From Squalus acanthias (lineage: Eukaryota), in contig JASTWF010000329.1 of assembly GCA_030390025.1 (NCBI GenBank), positions 124,001 to 188,000 on the forward strand: a stretch of 64,000 bases of DNA. Reading direction: 5' to 3'. Shown piece by piece: positions 49,125 to 61,039 of this stretch; position 1 is the stretch's first letter, and each line of letters begins with the position of its first letter. The notes below the pieces were generated by a model. That model made no database searches. It saw only the letters and a list, made by a program, of their open reading frames with translations, and was not told where the DNA came from. The translations under genes and the position numbers were made by a program.

Positions 49125-49833
49125 GGGTATTAGAAGGGGAGGATCTGCAGATGGAAACTGAATCCAAACATCGGTTCAAGATCTGACAGATTCACCGGAT
49201 TATCAGGACCTGAATATCATTCGGCCTTTGGATATAGAAAGAAAAAGCACCAATCACAGCGGGGAGAAACAGAACACGTGTTCTGTGCCTGGATCCACTT
49301 TTAACAAATCGTCTAGTCTGCGAGACTCGTGCGCCCACCTGAATCAACAGTGTAAATGTGGGGAATGTGGGAACGGATTCAGTTGCCCGTCTGAGGTGCA
49401 AACTCATCGAAACAGTCACACCGGGGAGAGGCTGTTCACCAGCTGAGTGTGGAAAGAGAATCACTCACTTATCTCATCTATTCCCAAACTAACATGTTCG
49501 TAATAGGGCGAATCCATTCACTGCTCTGTATGTGGAAAGGGATTCAATCAATCATCCCATTTACTGACACACCAGCACAGTCACACCGGAGAGAGGCCAT
49601 TTAGATACTTCACGTGCGGGAAGGGATTCACTCCGTTGTCCCAACTGTTGACACTCCCGAGTGTCCACATTGAGAACAGTTGTTTTAAGTACTCTGACAG
49701 TGAGAAAAGCTTTCAAAGTTCAAAGCAGCTGATGCACGATCAGCGCATTGATGCTGGAGAGAGGCTGTTTCAATATCCTGTGTGTGGGAAGAAATTCATC
49801 CCACCTGCTGAGACTCCAGTGAGTTCACATGTG
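49125..49833 (+). pseudogene. Decayed C2H2 zinc-finger exon
   Basis: Same leader (TCAAGATCTGACAGA..TCAGGACCTGAATATCAT) and 3' UTR as the other ZNF copies. Fingers have lost Cys/His residues and carry stops and frameshifts. Confidence 0.85.
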
Positions 49834-49999
49834 ACTGCAGGGGTTTGGATTCTGTTATTAATCACATCCAGGACTGAACCATGGCAGAGTGCCCGTGCAC
49901 TTGGGTTTCTGTGTGAATTATTGATGAATTTTCTCTCAATGGGGTCACAGAAACTCATTCTCCATTCACTGATTGGGGCTTTCAATGTTCCCCAGCATG

Positions 50000-50410
50000 C
50001 CCCGCGGGGGAGAATGTGCCCCATTCACGCTGGAGGAGCCCAGTGCGCAGGCGCAGTGCCCGCCTGTATTTGGAGCATGCGCAGTGTCAGTGTGATCAGA
50101 GCCCGGCGAGTGCAGGCAGCGGGCCGAGTTGGGAGACGCGGTTTTTACGCCGATTACGAATCACCGGGGCGCAGAGAGGTAACAGACCCGGCGTGTGAGC
50201 TTCATAAACACCTGGTGTAGGCCGCAAGCCCCGAATGAGAACCTACAGGTTCCGCGTTTGCAGCTCCGGGGCTTTTTCCCGGTAACAGGCCGAGGCTAAG
50301 GGCGGCCATCTTTGTAAAGGAAAGCATTGTCTTTGTTCGCCGCCATCTTGATTCGCTCGGCCATCTTTGTAAAGGAAAAAACGTGGGCAGGGCCTCAGGG
50401 TCCCCTTGAG
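50000..50410 (+). promoter_or_regulatory. CpG-island ZNF promoter module
   Basis: TGCGCAGGCGCA, GCATGCGCA and three GCCATCTT motifs. Homologous to 18240-18610. Confidence 0.65.
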
Positions 50411-51071
50411 TGTGGAACTGAACCCAGCCAGAGTCAGCACCTTCAGGGGAGGACAGGGAGGGTTACCAGACAGTGAGTGTAGAACTGAACCCAGCCAGAG
50501 TCAGCACCTTCAGGGGAGGAGAGGGAGGGGAACCAGTAAATGTGGAACTGAACCCAGCCAGAGTCAGCACCTTCAGGGGAGGAGAGGGAGGGGAACCAAT
50601 GAGTGAACTGAACCCAGCCAGAGTCAGCACCTTCAGGGGAGGAGAGGGAGGGGAACCAGTGAGTGTAGAACTGAACCCAGCCAGAGTCAGCACCTTCAGG
50701 GGAGGAGAGGGAGGGGAACCAGTGAGTGTAGAACTGAATCCAGCCAGAGTCAGCACCTTCAGGGGAGGAGAGGGAGGGGAACCAGTGAGTGTAGAACTGA
50801 ACCCAGCCAGAGTCAGCACCTTAAGGGTGGAGAGGGAGGGGAACCAGTGACTGTGAACTGAACCCAGCCAGAGTCAGCACCTTCAGGGGAGGAGAGGGAG
50901 GGAAACCAGTGAGTGTGGAACTGAACCCAGCCAGAGTCAGCACCTTCAGGGGAGGAGAGAGAGGAGAACCGGTGAGTGTAGAACTGAACCCAGCCAGAGT
51001 CAGCACCTTCAGGGGAGGAGAGGGAGGGGAACCAGTGAGTGTAGAACTGAACCCAGCCAGAGTCAGCACCT
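50409..51071 (+). repeat. 63-bp minisatellite, ~10 copies
   Basis: Same unit as 37942-38548. Confidence 0.96.
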
Positions 51072-51074
51072 TTT

Positions 51075-52592
51075 ATACAGTCATGACGGCACAGCGGAGG
51101 CCATTCGGCCCATCGAGTCAATGCTGGCTCTCTGTACAGCAATCCATTCAATCCCATTCCCCTGCTCTATCCCCGTAGCCCTGCAAGTTTATTTCCCTCA
51201 AGTGCCTATCCAGTCTACCCTTGAAAACATTGAGTGTTTCCGCTTCCACCACTTCCATCGGCAGCGAGTTTCAGGTCATCACCACTCGCTGTGTAAAATG
51301 TTTTTCCTCACATCCCCCTATATCTCTTCCCCAAAACCTAAATCTGTGTCCCCTAGTCCTTGTACCATCAACTAGTGGGAACAGCCATTCCCCGTCTAGC
51401 CTATCCTAACCCGTCATAATCTTGTACAGCGCTCTCAAATCACCCCTCAACCTCCTTTGCTCTAATGAAAACAAATCCAGCTTCTCCAACCTGTCCTTGT
51501 AACTAAGATCCCCCATCCCCGGAACCATTCTGGTAAATCTCCTCTGCACCCTCTCAAGGACCTTCACATCCTTCCTAAAGTGTGGTGACCAGAACTGGAC
51601 GCAATACTCCAGTTGTGGCCTAACCAGCGCTTTATAAAGGTTCAGCATAACTTCTCTACTTTTGTACTCAATACCTCTGTTTATGAAGCCCAAGATCCCA
51701 TATGCTTTGTTAACCACTCTCTCAATATGTCCCGCCACCTTCAGGGACCTATGCACATTAACTCCCAGGTCCCTCTGTCCCTGCACACTCTTTAAAACTG
51801 TGCCATTAAGTGTATATTGCCTCTCCCTGTTCCTTCTGCCAAAATACATCACCTCACACTTCTCTGTATTAAGTTCCATCTGCCACTTGTCTGCCCATTC
51901 TGCTAGCCTTTCTATGTCCTGTTGCAGTCGATTGATATCATCATCACTGTTTGCCACACCCCCAAGTTTGGTGTCATCGGCAAATTTAGAAATTCTACTT
52001 TGTATTCCAATATCCAGGTCATTTATATATATCAAAAAAAGCAGTGGCCCCAGCACTGACCCTTGGGGAACACCACTGTCCACCATCCTCCAGTCTGAAA
52101 AACAGCCATTTACCACAACTCGCTGTTTTCTGTCCTTAAGCCAATTCCTTATCCAAGCTGCCACTGACCCACCCATTACATGAGCCTCAATTTTGTTAAC
52201 AATCCTTCTATGTGGTACTTTGTCAAACGCCTTCTGAAAATCCATGTTGACAACATCCATTGCATTCCCTTCATCAATCCTCCCTGTTACTTCATCAAAA
52301 AATTCAATTAGATTAGTCAAACACGATCTGCCTTTTACAAACCCGTGTTGGCTCTCCTTAATTAACTTAAACCTCTCCAAATGCCTGTTAATTTATTTCC
52401 TTGATTATTGTTTCTAAAACTTTACCGACCACTGATGTTAAACTGACCAGCCTGTAGTTACTAGGATTTTCCTCACACCCTTTCTTCAACAATGGTGTCA
52501 CATTTGCCACTGGGGAAGATTGGAAAATTATGGCAAGCCCTTCCGCTATCTCCTTCCCCAATTCCCTGAGCAACCAGGGATGCAAGCCATCT
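51075..52592 (-). mobile_element. CR1-clade LINE, 5'-truncated
   Basis: SQHGFVKGRSCLTNL..DFQKAFDKV..GVPQGSVLGP..KFADDTKL. Confidence 0.94.
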
Positions 52593-52714
52593 GGTATTTG
52601 ATTCAAACTCTCCACACTTCGAATTTCTCACCATCTCTCCTGAAGGCGCTGGTAACAGCAGAGCATACGGTAAACATCCCACACAATTGTAACAGAAGAG
52701 CCCCAGAGCTGGGG

Positions 52715-52935
52715 ACCCCTGTCCAGTCTCAGGGTTGGATTCCCCATGTACAGTCCCTGGGCTGGAATCCCCATGTACAGTCCCAGGGTTGGAATCCCCA
52801 TGTACAGTCCCAGGGCTGGAATCCCCATGTACAGTCCCAGGGTTGGAATCCCCATTTACAGTCCCAGGGTTAGAATCCCCATGTACTGTCCCAGGGTTGG
52901 AATCCCCATGTACAGTCCCAGGGTTGGATTCCCTC
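52715..52935. repeat. 27-bp minisatellite, ~8 copies
   Basis: Same unit as 9637-10420. Confidence 0.95.
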
Positions 52936-53385
52936 AGCAACACCGAGTGCGTGTCTCAGGCCCCGAGTTAGAGCTGGCGGACGTGCGGCCAGGGCCCCGG
53001 CACCATTAACCCCCGGGTGCAGCCCCTCCCCCAGACAAGAAACACAACAACTTCCATTTATACAGCAGAGGGAGCAATTCAGAGCCGGTTAGCATCAGGG
53101 TGGGCGGTGGATGTGGAACTCGCTCCCTGGCCTCCTGTGTAGGGCTTTCTTGTTGCACCAGTTTGAGCTGGAGTGGAGAGGGGGGAGAAGCTGCTGGGTT
53201 TAACCCCCAGTACTTCTGAGCCCAGTGGGACCCAACAATTTCCAATGTGAGACTGTGAAGGGAGGTGGATTCTAGGGGAGATTAAGTTGCTAAACAGACC
53301 CTGTCCGTACAGTGTAAAAGATTATCGTTTTAGGAACAAGTATTTCTGTAGAGGCTTTCAATCCATTTTATAAATACAGATTTTT

Positions 53386-53700
53386 TAAATTCATTCGATG
53401 TGTGTGTCACTAGCAAGGCCAGCATATATTGCCAGTCCCCAGTTGCCCATTGAGAAGGTGATGCTGGGCCTTCTTCTTGAACCTCTGCAGTCCGTGTGGT
53501 GAAGGTACTCTCAGAATGCTGTTAGGTGAGGAGTTCCAGGATTTTCACCCAGCGACGATGTAGGAACGGCGATATATGTCCAAGTCAAGATAGTGTGTGA
53601 CTTGGAGGGGAACTGGGAGGTGATGGTGTTCCCATGCACCTGCTGCCCTTGTCCTTCTAGGTGGTGGAGGTCGCGTGTTTGGAAGGTGCTGTCAAAGTTC
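53386..53700 (-). mobile_element. Old LINE 3'-end fragment in type-A ZNF intron (partial copies at ~10485-10615 and ~63125-63262)
   Basis: Resembles the antisense 3' end of a common shark LINE (..TTGAGAAGGTG..CTTCTTGAACC.CTGCAGTCC..GGAGTTCCAGGATTTT.ACCCAGCGACGATG). Family recalled, not searched. Confidence 0.55.
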
Positions 53701-54098
53701 TAGTCGAGTTCCAGATGTATAAAGTCACTCTCCTTCACTCCTCCCCCTCCCACCTCACTCTCTCTCCTCCCATAGAGGCCAGAGTCTTGTGTAAGCCCAG
53801 ACCGGGTGGCGGGTTCCCTTCCCTGAAGGACATTAGTGAACCAGTTGGGTTTTTACGACAATCCGGCAGCTTTCATGGTCACTTTTTTCTAGTGCCGGCC
53901 CCACAAATTCCCAGATTCATTCAGCTCAATTTCACAACCTGCCTTTGTGTTTTTGTGGGTTCTCTCTCACCCTCCCTTTTTCCTGTTTTAAATTCATTTT
54001 GCAGGGTGTCAGAAGGGGAGGATTTGCAGACGGGAAACTCAAACCAAACATCACTTCAAGATCTGACAGAGTCACTCGATTCATCAGGACCTTTGAGC

Positions 54099-55304
54099 AT
54101 GGAAGCAGAAAGCACCGTTCAGAGCGGGGAGAAACCGTACACGTGTTCTGTGTGTGGACGAGGCTTCAGCCGATCCTCTGGCCTGTCGAGTCACCAGCGC
54201 AGTCACACCGGGGAGAGGCCATTCACCTGCTCCGTGTGTGGGAAGGGATTCACTCAGTCATCCACTCTGCTGACACACCAGCGAGTTCACACTGGGGAGA
54301 GGCCGTTCACCTGCTCTGAGTGTGGGAAGGGATTCACTCAGTCATCCCACCTGCTGACACACCAGCGAGTTCACACTGGGGAGAGGCCGTTCACCTGCTC
54401 TGAGTGTGGGAAGGGATTCACTCAGTCATCCCACCTGTTGACACACCAGCGCGTTCACACTGACGAGAGACCTTTTAAATGCCCGGACTGCGGAAAGTGC
54501 TATAAAAGTTCCGGGGAACTAATGTGTCATCAACGTGTTCACACTGACGAGAGACCGTTCAGGTGCTCTCACTGCGGGACTGGGTTCAGGCGATCATATC
54601 ACCTCACTGAACACCAACGCACTCACACCGGGGAGAGGCCGTTCACTTGCTCTGAGTGTGGAAAGGGATTCACGTGTTCATCCACCCTGCTGATACACCA
54701 GCGAGTTCACACTGGGGAGAGACCGTTCACCTGCTCTGAGTGTGGGAAGGGATTCACTCAGTCATCCACCCTGCTGATACACCAGCGAGTTCACACTGGG
54801 GAGAGACCGTTCACCTGCTCTGAGTGTGGGAAGGGATTCACTCAGTCATCCACCCTGCTGAAACACGAGCGAGTTCACACTGGGGAGAGGCCGTTCACCT
54901 GCTCCATGTGTGGGAAGGGATTCACTCGGTTATCCAACCTGCTGACACACCAGAGAGTTCACACTGGGGAGAGACCGTTCACTTGCTCTGACTGTGGAAA
55001 GGGATTCAGCCATTCATCCGACCGACTGAAACACCAGCGAATTCACACTGGGGAGAGGCCGTTCACCTGTTCCAAGTGTGGGAAGGGATTCACTCGGTCA
55101 TCCAGCCTGCTGAGACACCAGCGAGTTCACACTGGGGAGAGACCATTCACCTGCTTTGAGTGTGGGAAGGAATTCACTCAGTCATCCAACCTGCTGAAAC
55201 ACCAGCGAGTTCACACTGGGGAGAGGCCGTTCACCTGCTCTGAGTGTGGAAAGGGATTCACTCAGTCATCCCACCTGCTGAAACACCAGCGAGTTCACAA
55301 GTGA
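54099..55304 (+). CDS. C2H2 zinc-finger protein, type A copy 2 (14 fingers)
   Basis: 14 intact fingers. Acceptor TTTTGCAG ends at 54004. ATG at 54099 corresponds to 11012. Confidence 0.93.
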   Translation: MEAESTVQSGEKPYTCSVCGRGFSRSSGLSSHQRSHTGERPFTCSVCGKGFTQSSTLLTHQRVHTGERPFTCSECGKGFTQSSHLLTHQRVHTGERPFTCSECGKGFTQSSHLLTHQRVHTDERPFKCPDCGKCYKSSGELMCHQRVHTDERPFRCSHCGTGFRRSYHLTEHQRTHTGERPFTCSECGKGFTCSSTLLIHQRVHTGERPFTCSECGKGFTQSSTLLIHQRVHTGERPFTCSECGKGFTQSSTLLKHERVHTGERPFTCSMCGKGFTRLSNLLTHQRVHTGERPFTCSDCGKGFSHSSDRLKHQRIHTGERPFTCSKCGKGFTRSSSLLRHQRVHTGERPFTCFECGKEFTQSSNLLKHQRVHTGERPFTCSECGKGFTQSSHLLKHQRVHK

Positions 55305-55675
55305 TAGCAGAGGTTGGATTCTGCTGTTATTGCTGCTGTTAATTACATCCTGAACTGAATCATGTTCACACTGACAGCTGGGGTTTGTTTCTGCTGATGT
55401 TAATAACCCCTGTAACTGGGCTGGAGTTTAAATATCTGGATATATATCAAATAATTCAGCTTTGCTTTAAACACATTGTTGTGGATTTTTGTCGTTGCCA
55501 CCTGAGTGTTTAGCATCTCCTGGCTGGAGCTCAGAAAGGACAATCTGGGGGGAGGATCGTACGGCGGGAACAGAACTACAGCCTCGACACAGTCCTTCAG
55601 GGCCACACTGAGAGGGGCAAACGGCACTTTGGTCTTTCTCGTCTCTCTTCACTGAAAGGAAAGTTGCCGGGCAGA

Positions 55676-56098
55676 TTAAGAACATAAGAATAGATCATAA
55701 GAATTAGGAGCAGGAGTAGGTCACACGGCCCCTCGAGCCTGCTCCGCCATACAATAAGATCATGGCTGATCATCCACCTCAACTCCACTTTCCCACCCGA
55801 TCTCCATATCCCTTGATTCCCCGAGAGTCCAAAAATCTATCTATCTCAGCCTTGAATATACTCAAAGACTGAAAATTCACAGCCCTATGGGGCAGAGAAT
55901 TCCAAAGATTCACAACCCTCTGAGTGAAGAAATTCCTCCTCATCTCAGTCTTAAATGGCCGACCCCTTATCCTGAGACTATGCCCCCTAGTTCCAGACAC
56001 TCCAGCCAGGGGAAACAACCTCTCAGCATCTACCCTGTCAATCCCCTTCAGAATCTTGTATGTTTCAATGAGATCACCTCTCATTCTTCTAAACTCCA
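55676..56098 (-). mobile_element. CR1-clade LINE 3' fragment
   Basis: MRGDLIETYKILKGIDRVDAERLFP..GIKGYG and tail. Confidence 0.92.
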
Positions 56099-56099
56099 G

Positions 56100-58022
56100 A
56101 GAAAAAGGGTGGTTAAGGCAAACGTAGGTCCCTTAGAGGATGAGACCGGGAAATTAATGGTGGGAAACATGGAGATGGCAAAAATGCTGAACAAATATTT
56201 TGTTTCAGTCTTTACGGTTGAGGACACTAAGAATATCCCAACACTGGATAAACAGGGGGCTCTAGTGGGGGAGGAGCTAAATACAATTAAAATCACTAAG
56301 AAATTGGTACTCAGTAAAATAATGGGACTCAAGGCGGATAAATCCCCTGGACCTGATGGCTTACATCCTAGGGTCTTGAGGGAAGTGGCAGTAGGAATTG
56401 TGGATGCTTTGGTAATCATTTTCAAAAACTCCCTGAACTCAGCAAAGGTCCCGGCAGATTGGAAAACTGCTAATGTAACACCCTTATTTAAAAAGGGTAG
56501 TAGGCAGAAGGCTGGAAATGATAGACCAGTTAGCCTAACATCTGTGGTGGGTAAAATTTTGGAGTCTATTATTAAGGAGACAGTAACGGAACATTTAGAT
56601 AAACATAATTTAATAGGACAAAGTCAGCATGGCTTTATGAAGGGGAAGTCATGTCTGACAAATTTGCTCGAGTTCTTTGAGGATATAACGTACAGGGTGG
56701 ATAAAGGGGAACCAGTGGATGTAGTGTATTTAGACTTCCAGAAGGCATTCGACAAGGTGCCACATAAAAGATTATTACTCAAGATAAAAAATCACTGGAT
56801 TGGGGGTAATATTCTGGCATGGGTGGAGGATTGGTTATCTAACAGGAAGCAGAGAGTTGGGATAAATGGTTCATTCTCGGACTGGCAACCAGTAGCCAGT
56901 GGTGTTCCGCAGGGGTCGGTGCTGGGTCCGCAACTCTTTACAAACTATATTAACGATTTGGAGGAGGGGACCGAGTGTAACATATCAAAGTTTGCAGATG
57001 ATACAAAGATGGGAGGGAAAGTAGAGAGTGAGGAGGACATAAAAAACCTACAAGGGGATATAGACAGGCTGGGTGAGTGGGCAGAGATTTGGCAGATGCA
57101 ATACAATATTGGAAAATGTGAGGTTATGCACTTTGGCAGGAAAAATCAGAGAGCAAGTTATTATCTTAATGGCGAGAAACTGGAAAGTACTGCAGTACAA
57201 AGGGATCTGGGGGTCTTGGTGCAAGAAAATCAAAAAGTTAGTATGCAGGTGCAGCAGGTGATCAAGAAGGCCAATGGAATGTTGGCTTTTATTGCTAGGG
57301 GGATAGAATATAAAAACAGGGAGGTATTGCTGCAGTTGTATAGGGTATTGGTGAGACCGCACCTGGAGTACTGCATACAGTTTTGGTGTCCATACTTAAG
57401 AAAAGACATACTTGCTCTCGAGGCAGTACAAAGAAGGTTCACTCGGTTAATTCCGGGGATGAGGGGGTGGACATACGAGGAGAGGTTGAGTAGATTGGGA
57501 CTCTACTCATTAGAGTTCAGAAGAATGAGAGGCGATCTTATTGAAACATATAAGATTGTGAAGGGGCTTGATCGGGTGGACGCGGTGAGGATGTTCCCAA
57601 TGATGGGTGAAACTAGAACTAGGGGACATAATCTTAGAATAAGGGGCTCCTCTTTCAAAACTGAGATGAGGAGAAACTTTTTCACTCAGAGGGTAGTGGG
57701 TCTGTGGAATTTGCTACCCCAGGAAGCTGTGGAAGCTACTTCATTAAATAAATTTAAAACAGAAATAGACCGTTTCCTAGAAGTAAAGGGAATCAGGGGT
57801 TACGGGGAGCGGGCTGGAAATTGGACATGAGTTTGTGTTCGGATCAGTCAAGGCCCTGTGGGTGGCGGAGCGGGCCCAGGGGCCGAGTGGCCGGGTCCTG
57901 CTCCTGCTTCTTGTGTTCTTTAGAGTTGAGGTTGGATCAGATCAGCCATGATCTCATTGAATGGCGGAGCAGGCTCGAGGGGCCGATTGGTCTACTCCTG
58001 CTCCTATTTCTTATGTTCTTAT
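56100..58022 (+). mobile_element. CR1-clade LINE, 5'-truncated, with an uninterrupted RT frame (to 57830) and a doubled 3' end
   Basis: About 575 open codons with KSPGPDG, SQHGF, DFQKAFDKV, GVPQGSVLGP and FADD. Confidence 0.95.
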
Positions 58023-58029
58023 TAGTTAA

Positions 58030-59063
58030 CCTCTAGTGCCTCACCGTCAGCCGACTCAGTGAGTGTCAGCAGGATTTCCACTGCGGTAGGCATCACAGCC
58101 GAGTCCAATCCTGTCCCTCAATTGACATCCATACACTTCCCAGTTGAGGTCACTGGATCGCCATCAAGAGCAGGGGCACGGGCTGATTTTTACACTTAGC
58201 CCAGTGGTACTGAGGCCAATTATAACCCCTGAACTGCTGCCTTGGCTGAGAGCAACTAACAGCCCAGATTAAGGATAGAACTTGGTTGCCTTCCCAGTCA
58301 GTGGTGCAGAGTGTTTTGAAGTGAGGGAGGTGGCGGGGTGCGGGAGAGGGTTAGAACAGAATATTTTGAAACAAATGCTATTCCATCTTTAAAGGAAAGC
58401 TTTGTCACACTGCAAAATTCTGAAATCTTTGAAAATTAACCAAGCAAGTTAAATGGATCGTCAAAAAACAGTGAGACATTGTAGAAAGGCTCAAGTCACT
58501 GAAATAGACAGCTTTACAATCACTGTACAGAAGGGAGCAACTGTTAATGGGAACTCTCTTAGTGAAGTCTGCTGGCACTCCAAGATAAACGAGACTGTCC
58601 CTTTAAATATAAATGCGCAGAGAAAGGGGAGTCCTGTCCCTTTAAATTTCTGCCCCATTCCACAGGCAGTGGGAGGAGGAACAGCGCGCGGTCTCTTTAT
58701 AACCTAACCCAGTTGGCCACGCACGGGGACCCGCACTGTGTGGGGGCGGGGCCTAGGGAACCCGCTCTATGTGTGGACTACTTACACTGAGACACCAATT
58801 CCAGGGACCATTTACACTGAGTCTATAAATGGGAATCAGAGAGCCTCAGTATGGGGAATGGTCATGGTGGTGAAACTATCTCTAGTGAGGGCGGGTAATG
58901 CATGAAGATTTGACGGTGGAATCAGATGGTTACTGGGTGGGGCCTGGTGATATTTGAAACAATTATCTCGAATAAAGAAATAGTGCAAAGTATGTTAATA
59001 ACAAGAGATTAAATCAAAGAGACCATCAAAATCAGCAATCACAATTACAAACATCAGAACATT
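58030..59063 (-). repeat. Inverted, diverged duplicate of 44478-46428 (with internal deletions)
   Basis: For example, 58036 TGCCTCACCGTCAGCCGACTCAGT is the reverse complement of 46401-46424, and 58953-59063 matches 44478-44590. Confidence 0.88.
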
Positions 59064-60967
59064 TCAAATATTTTTATTCAAAAACAATAATACCTGTACA
59101 ACTCATCAATTACATCGTAAATCCATTACATAGTAAATCCATTGCATTCATCCATCACAGTAAAAAATAAATCCTTAAAAACAGCCTTATAGTTAATATA
59201 AATGCAATGATTAATTTTACAAATAATCAATAATGTTTACAGTACAAATACCCTTAAACAATACCACACAACTTTTTAGATTTAAAATAAATCTCAAAGT
59301 TAACTCCACATAAAACAAAAACCATTTCAACACCAGTGTACAAACACATAGCACCATCATAATCCAATTAAATGCTACAGATAACACTTATTCCAATAAA
59401 CCAAGAAAAAACCCGTTTTACGCCACTCCTACTGGCATTGTTCATTCGATCATTCATTCAATTGTTCGTTCGTTCATTCAAGCGTTCGTTCGTTCGATCG
59501 AGCGTAAGTTCCAATATGTATGTATGAGTGCGTGCGTGCGTATCATTTGTCTAAGTGCGCGCCTGCGTGCGTTCGCTCGATTATCGTTCATTTGATCGTT
59601 CACCACGCGATCATTCATTCGCTCGAGTGTAAGTTCCAATGTGCATGCTTGTGTTCGCTCGAATCGTTCATTCGACCACTACCCCATGAGGTCGTTCGTT
59701 TGATCAAGTGTAAGTTCCATTATGTACGTCTGAATGCGTGCGTGCGTATCATTTGTCTAAGTGCGCGCCTGCGTGCGTTCGCTCGAATCGTTCGTTCTAT
59801 CACTGCACAAGTGATCAGTCGTTCGATCGAGTGTAAGTTCCAATATGCATGAATGCGTTCGTTCGAATCGTTCATCCGTTCGTTCACTCGAGCATCCGTT
59901 CGTTCAATAAATTACCAATATTAATTTACTTTATCTTTTCAAACACACCAACACTAGACAATAACCGCAAAGTAAATTCCTACATAACTACCAATACATC
60001 ATCATGTGCAAATTCCCACAATCCTTATTAGAAAATCAATTAAGCTTCAAGTAAACTGCTTTCAAACAGAAAACCTGAAACCTTCCCAACAAAACAATTA
60101 AATACCAGTTCTACGCCAGTCCTATTGGCAATCCATTAACGAATATCATTTGATGTTGTCGAACCATGTAAAGTCATAGTCCTTGTCCACAGTCTTCAGC
60201 CCTTCCACGGAAAATCCTGAAATCCCGTAAAAAGACCGAACACTCAAATCTTCTTCTGCTTGCTGTTATCGCTCACAGGACCCAACCATCAAAGAATACT
60301 CATCATTCCTTACTGATATTACTTTGCTCTGTCTTTTAATTTCCTTTTATTTTCCGTCTTTTAACCATTCACATTTTCCATCTTGTAACCGCTCACGCGC
60401 CACATTACAGATGGAAACAATTTGTCTTTCCTTCACCAATATGGCGACGCATAAACCGGTCCCATGACCAAGAAAAAGCCTCACAGCTGCCGCCAGGCAG
60501 AGCAGATGCTGGGCCGCTGGAACTCATTCAGGCCCGAAACCATTCTGCAACTTTCAGAACCAGTGCAGCAATGCTCACCAACCGCATCTCCCGACTCCAC
60601 CTCTGCCGACCAGCCGCCCCACCCTGGGCCCCCCGCCTGGGGTTCTCCATACTGGGCCTCCCGCCCAGGCCACTCTCTTCCGGGTCTTCCACCTTGGGCC
60701 TTCTGCACCGGGCCCTCCGCACCGGCATTCCCCGCGAGCAGCCGGGATGTGGAGCAGCCCGTTCACACAGCACCGAGTTAAGCCGAGTTGAAAATCTCAC
60801 AGCCTTTCCTCCCCAGGCCTTTTGCACTGGGCCCTCCACACTAGCATTCCCCGCAAGCAGCCGGGGTGCGGAGCTCAACCGTTCACACAGCACCAAACTG
60901 AGCTGAGAATCTTGCAGCCTGGGCTTAGATTTTGTCATTGGGGAGGGCTGGGCATGGACATGGTTCA
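59064..60967 (-). repeat. Uncharacterised ~1.9-kb element, copy 3
   Basis: High identity to 38961-40865. Confidence 0.85.
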
Positions 60968-61039
60968 GTGCTCAATGCAATCGCAGTAAATTCTGTTCCA
61001 GTCCTTAATGTGGCCTTTCAATGGCGGGGCTTTTATCCA

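Noticed and set aside
53661..54098. 146-aa N-terminal extension of ZNF A2 as a novel effector domain
   Set aside because: It starts at GTG in repeat-derived intron sequence, crosses a clear polypyrimidine tract/acceptor, and is out of frame in paralog A1.
55887..56099. N-terminus of the 647-aa RT ORF
   Set aside because: It is the antisense strand of a separate CR1 3' fragment fortuitously in frame.
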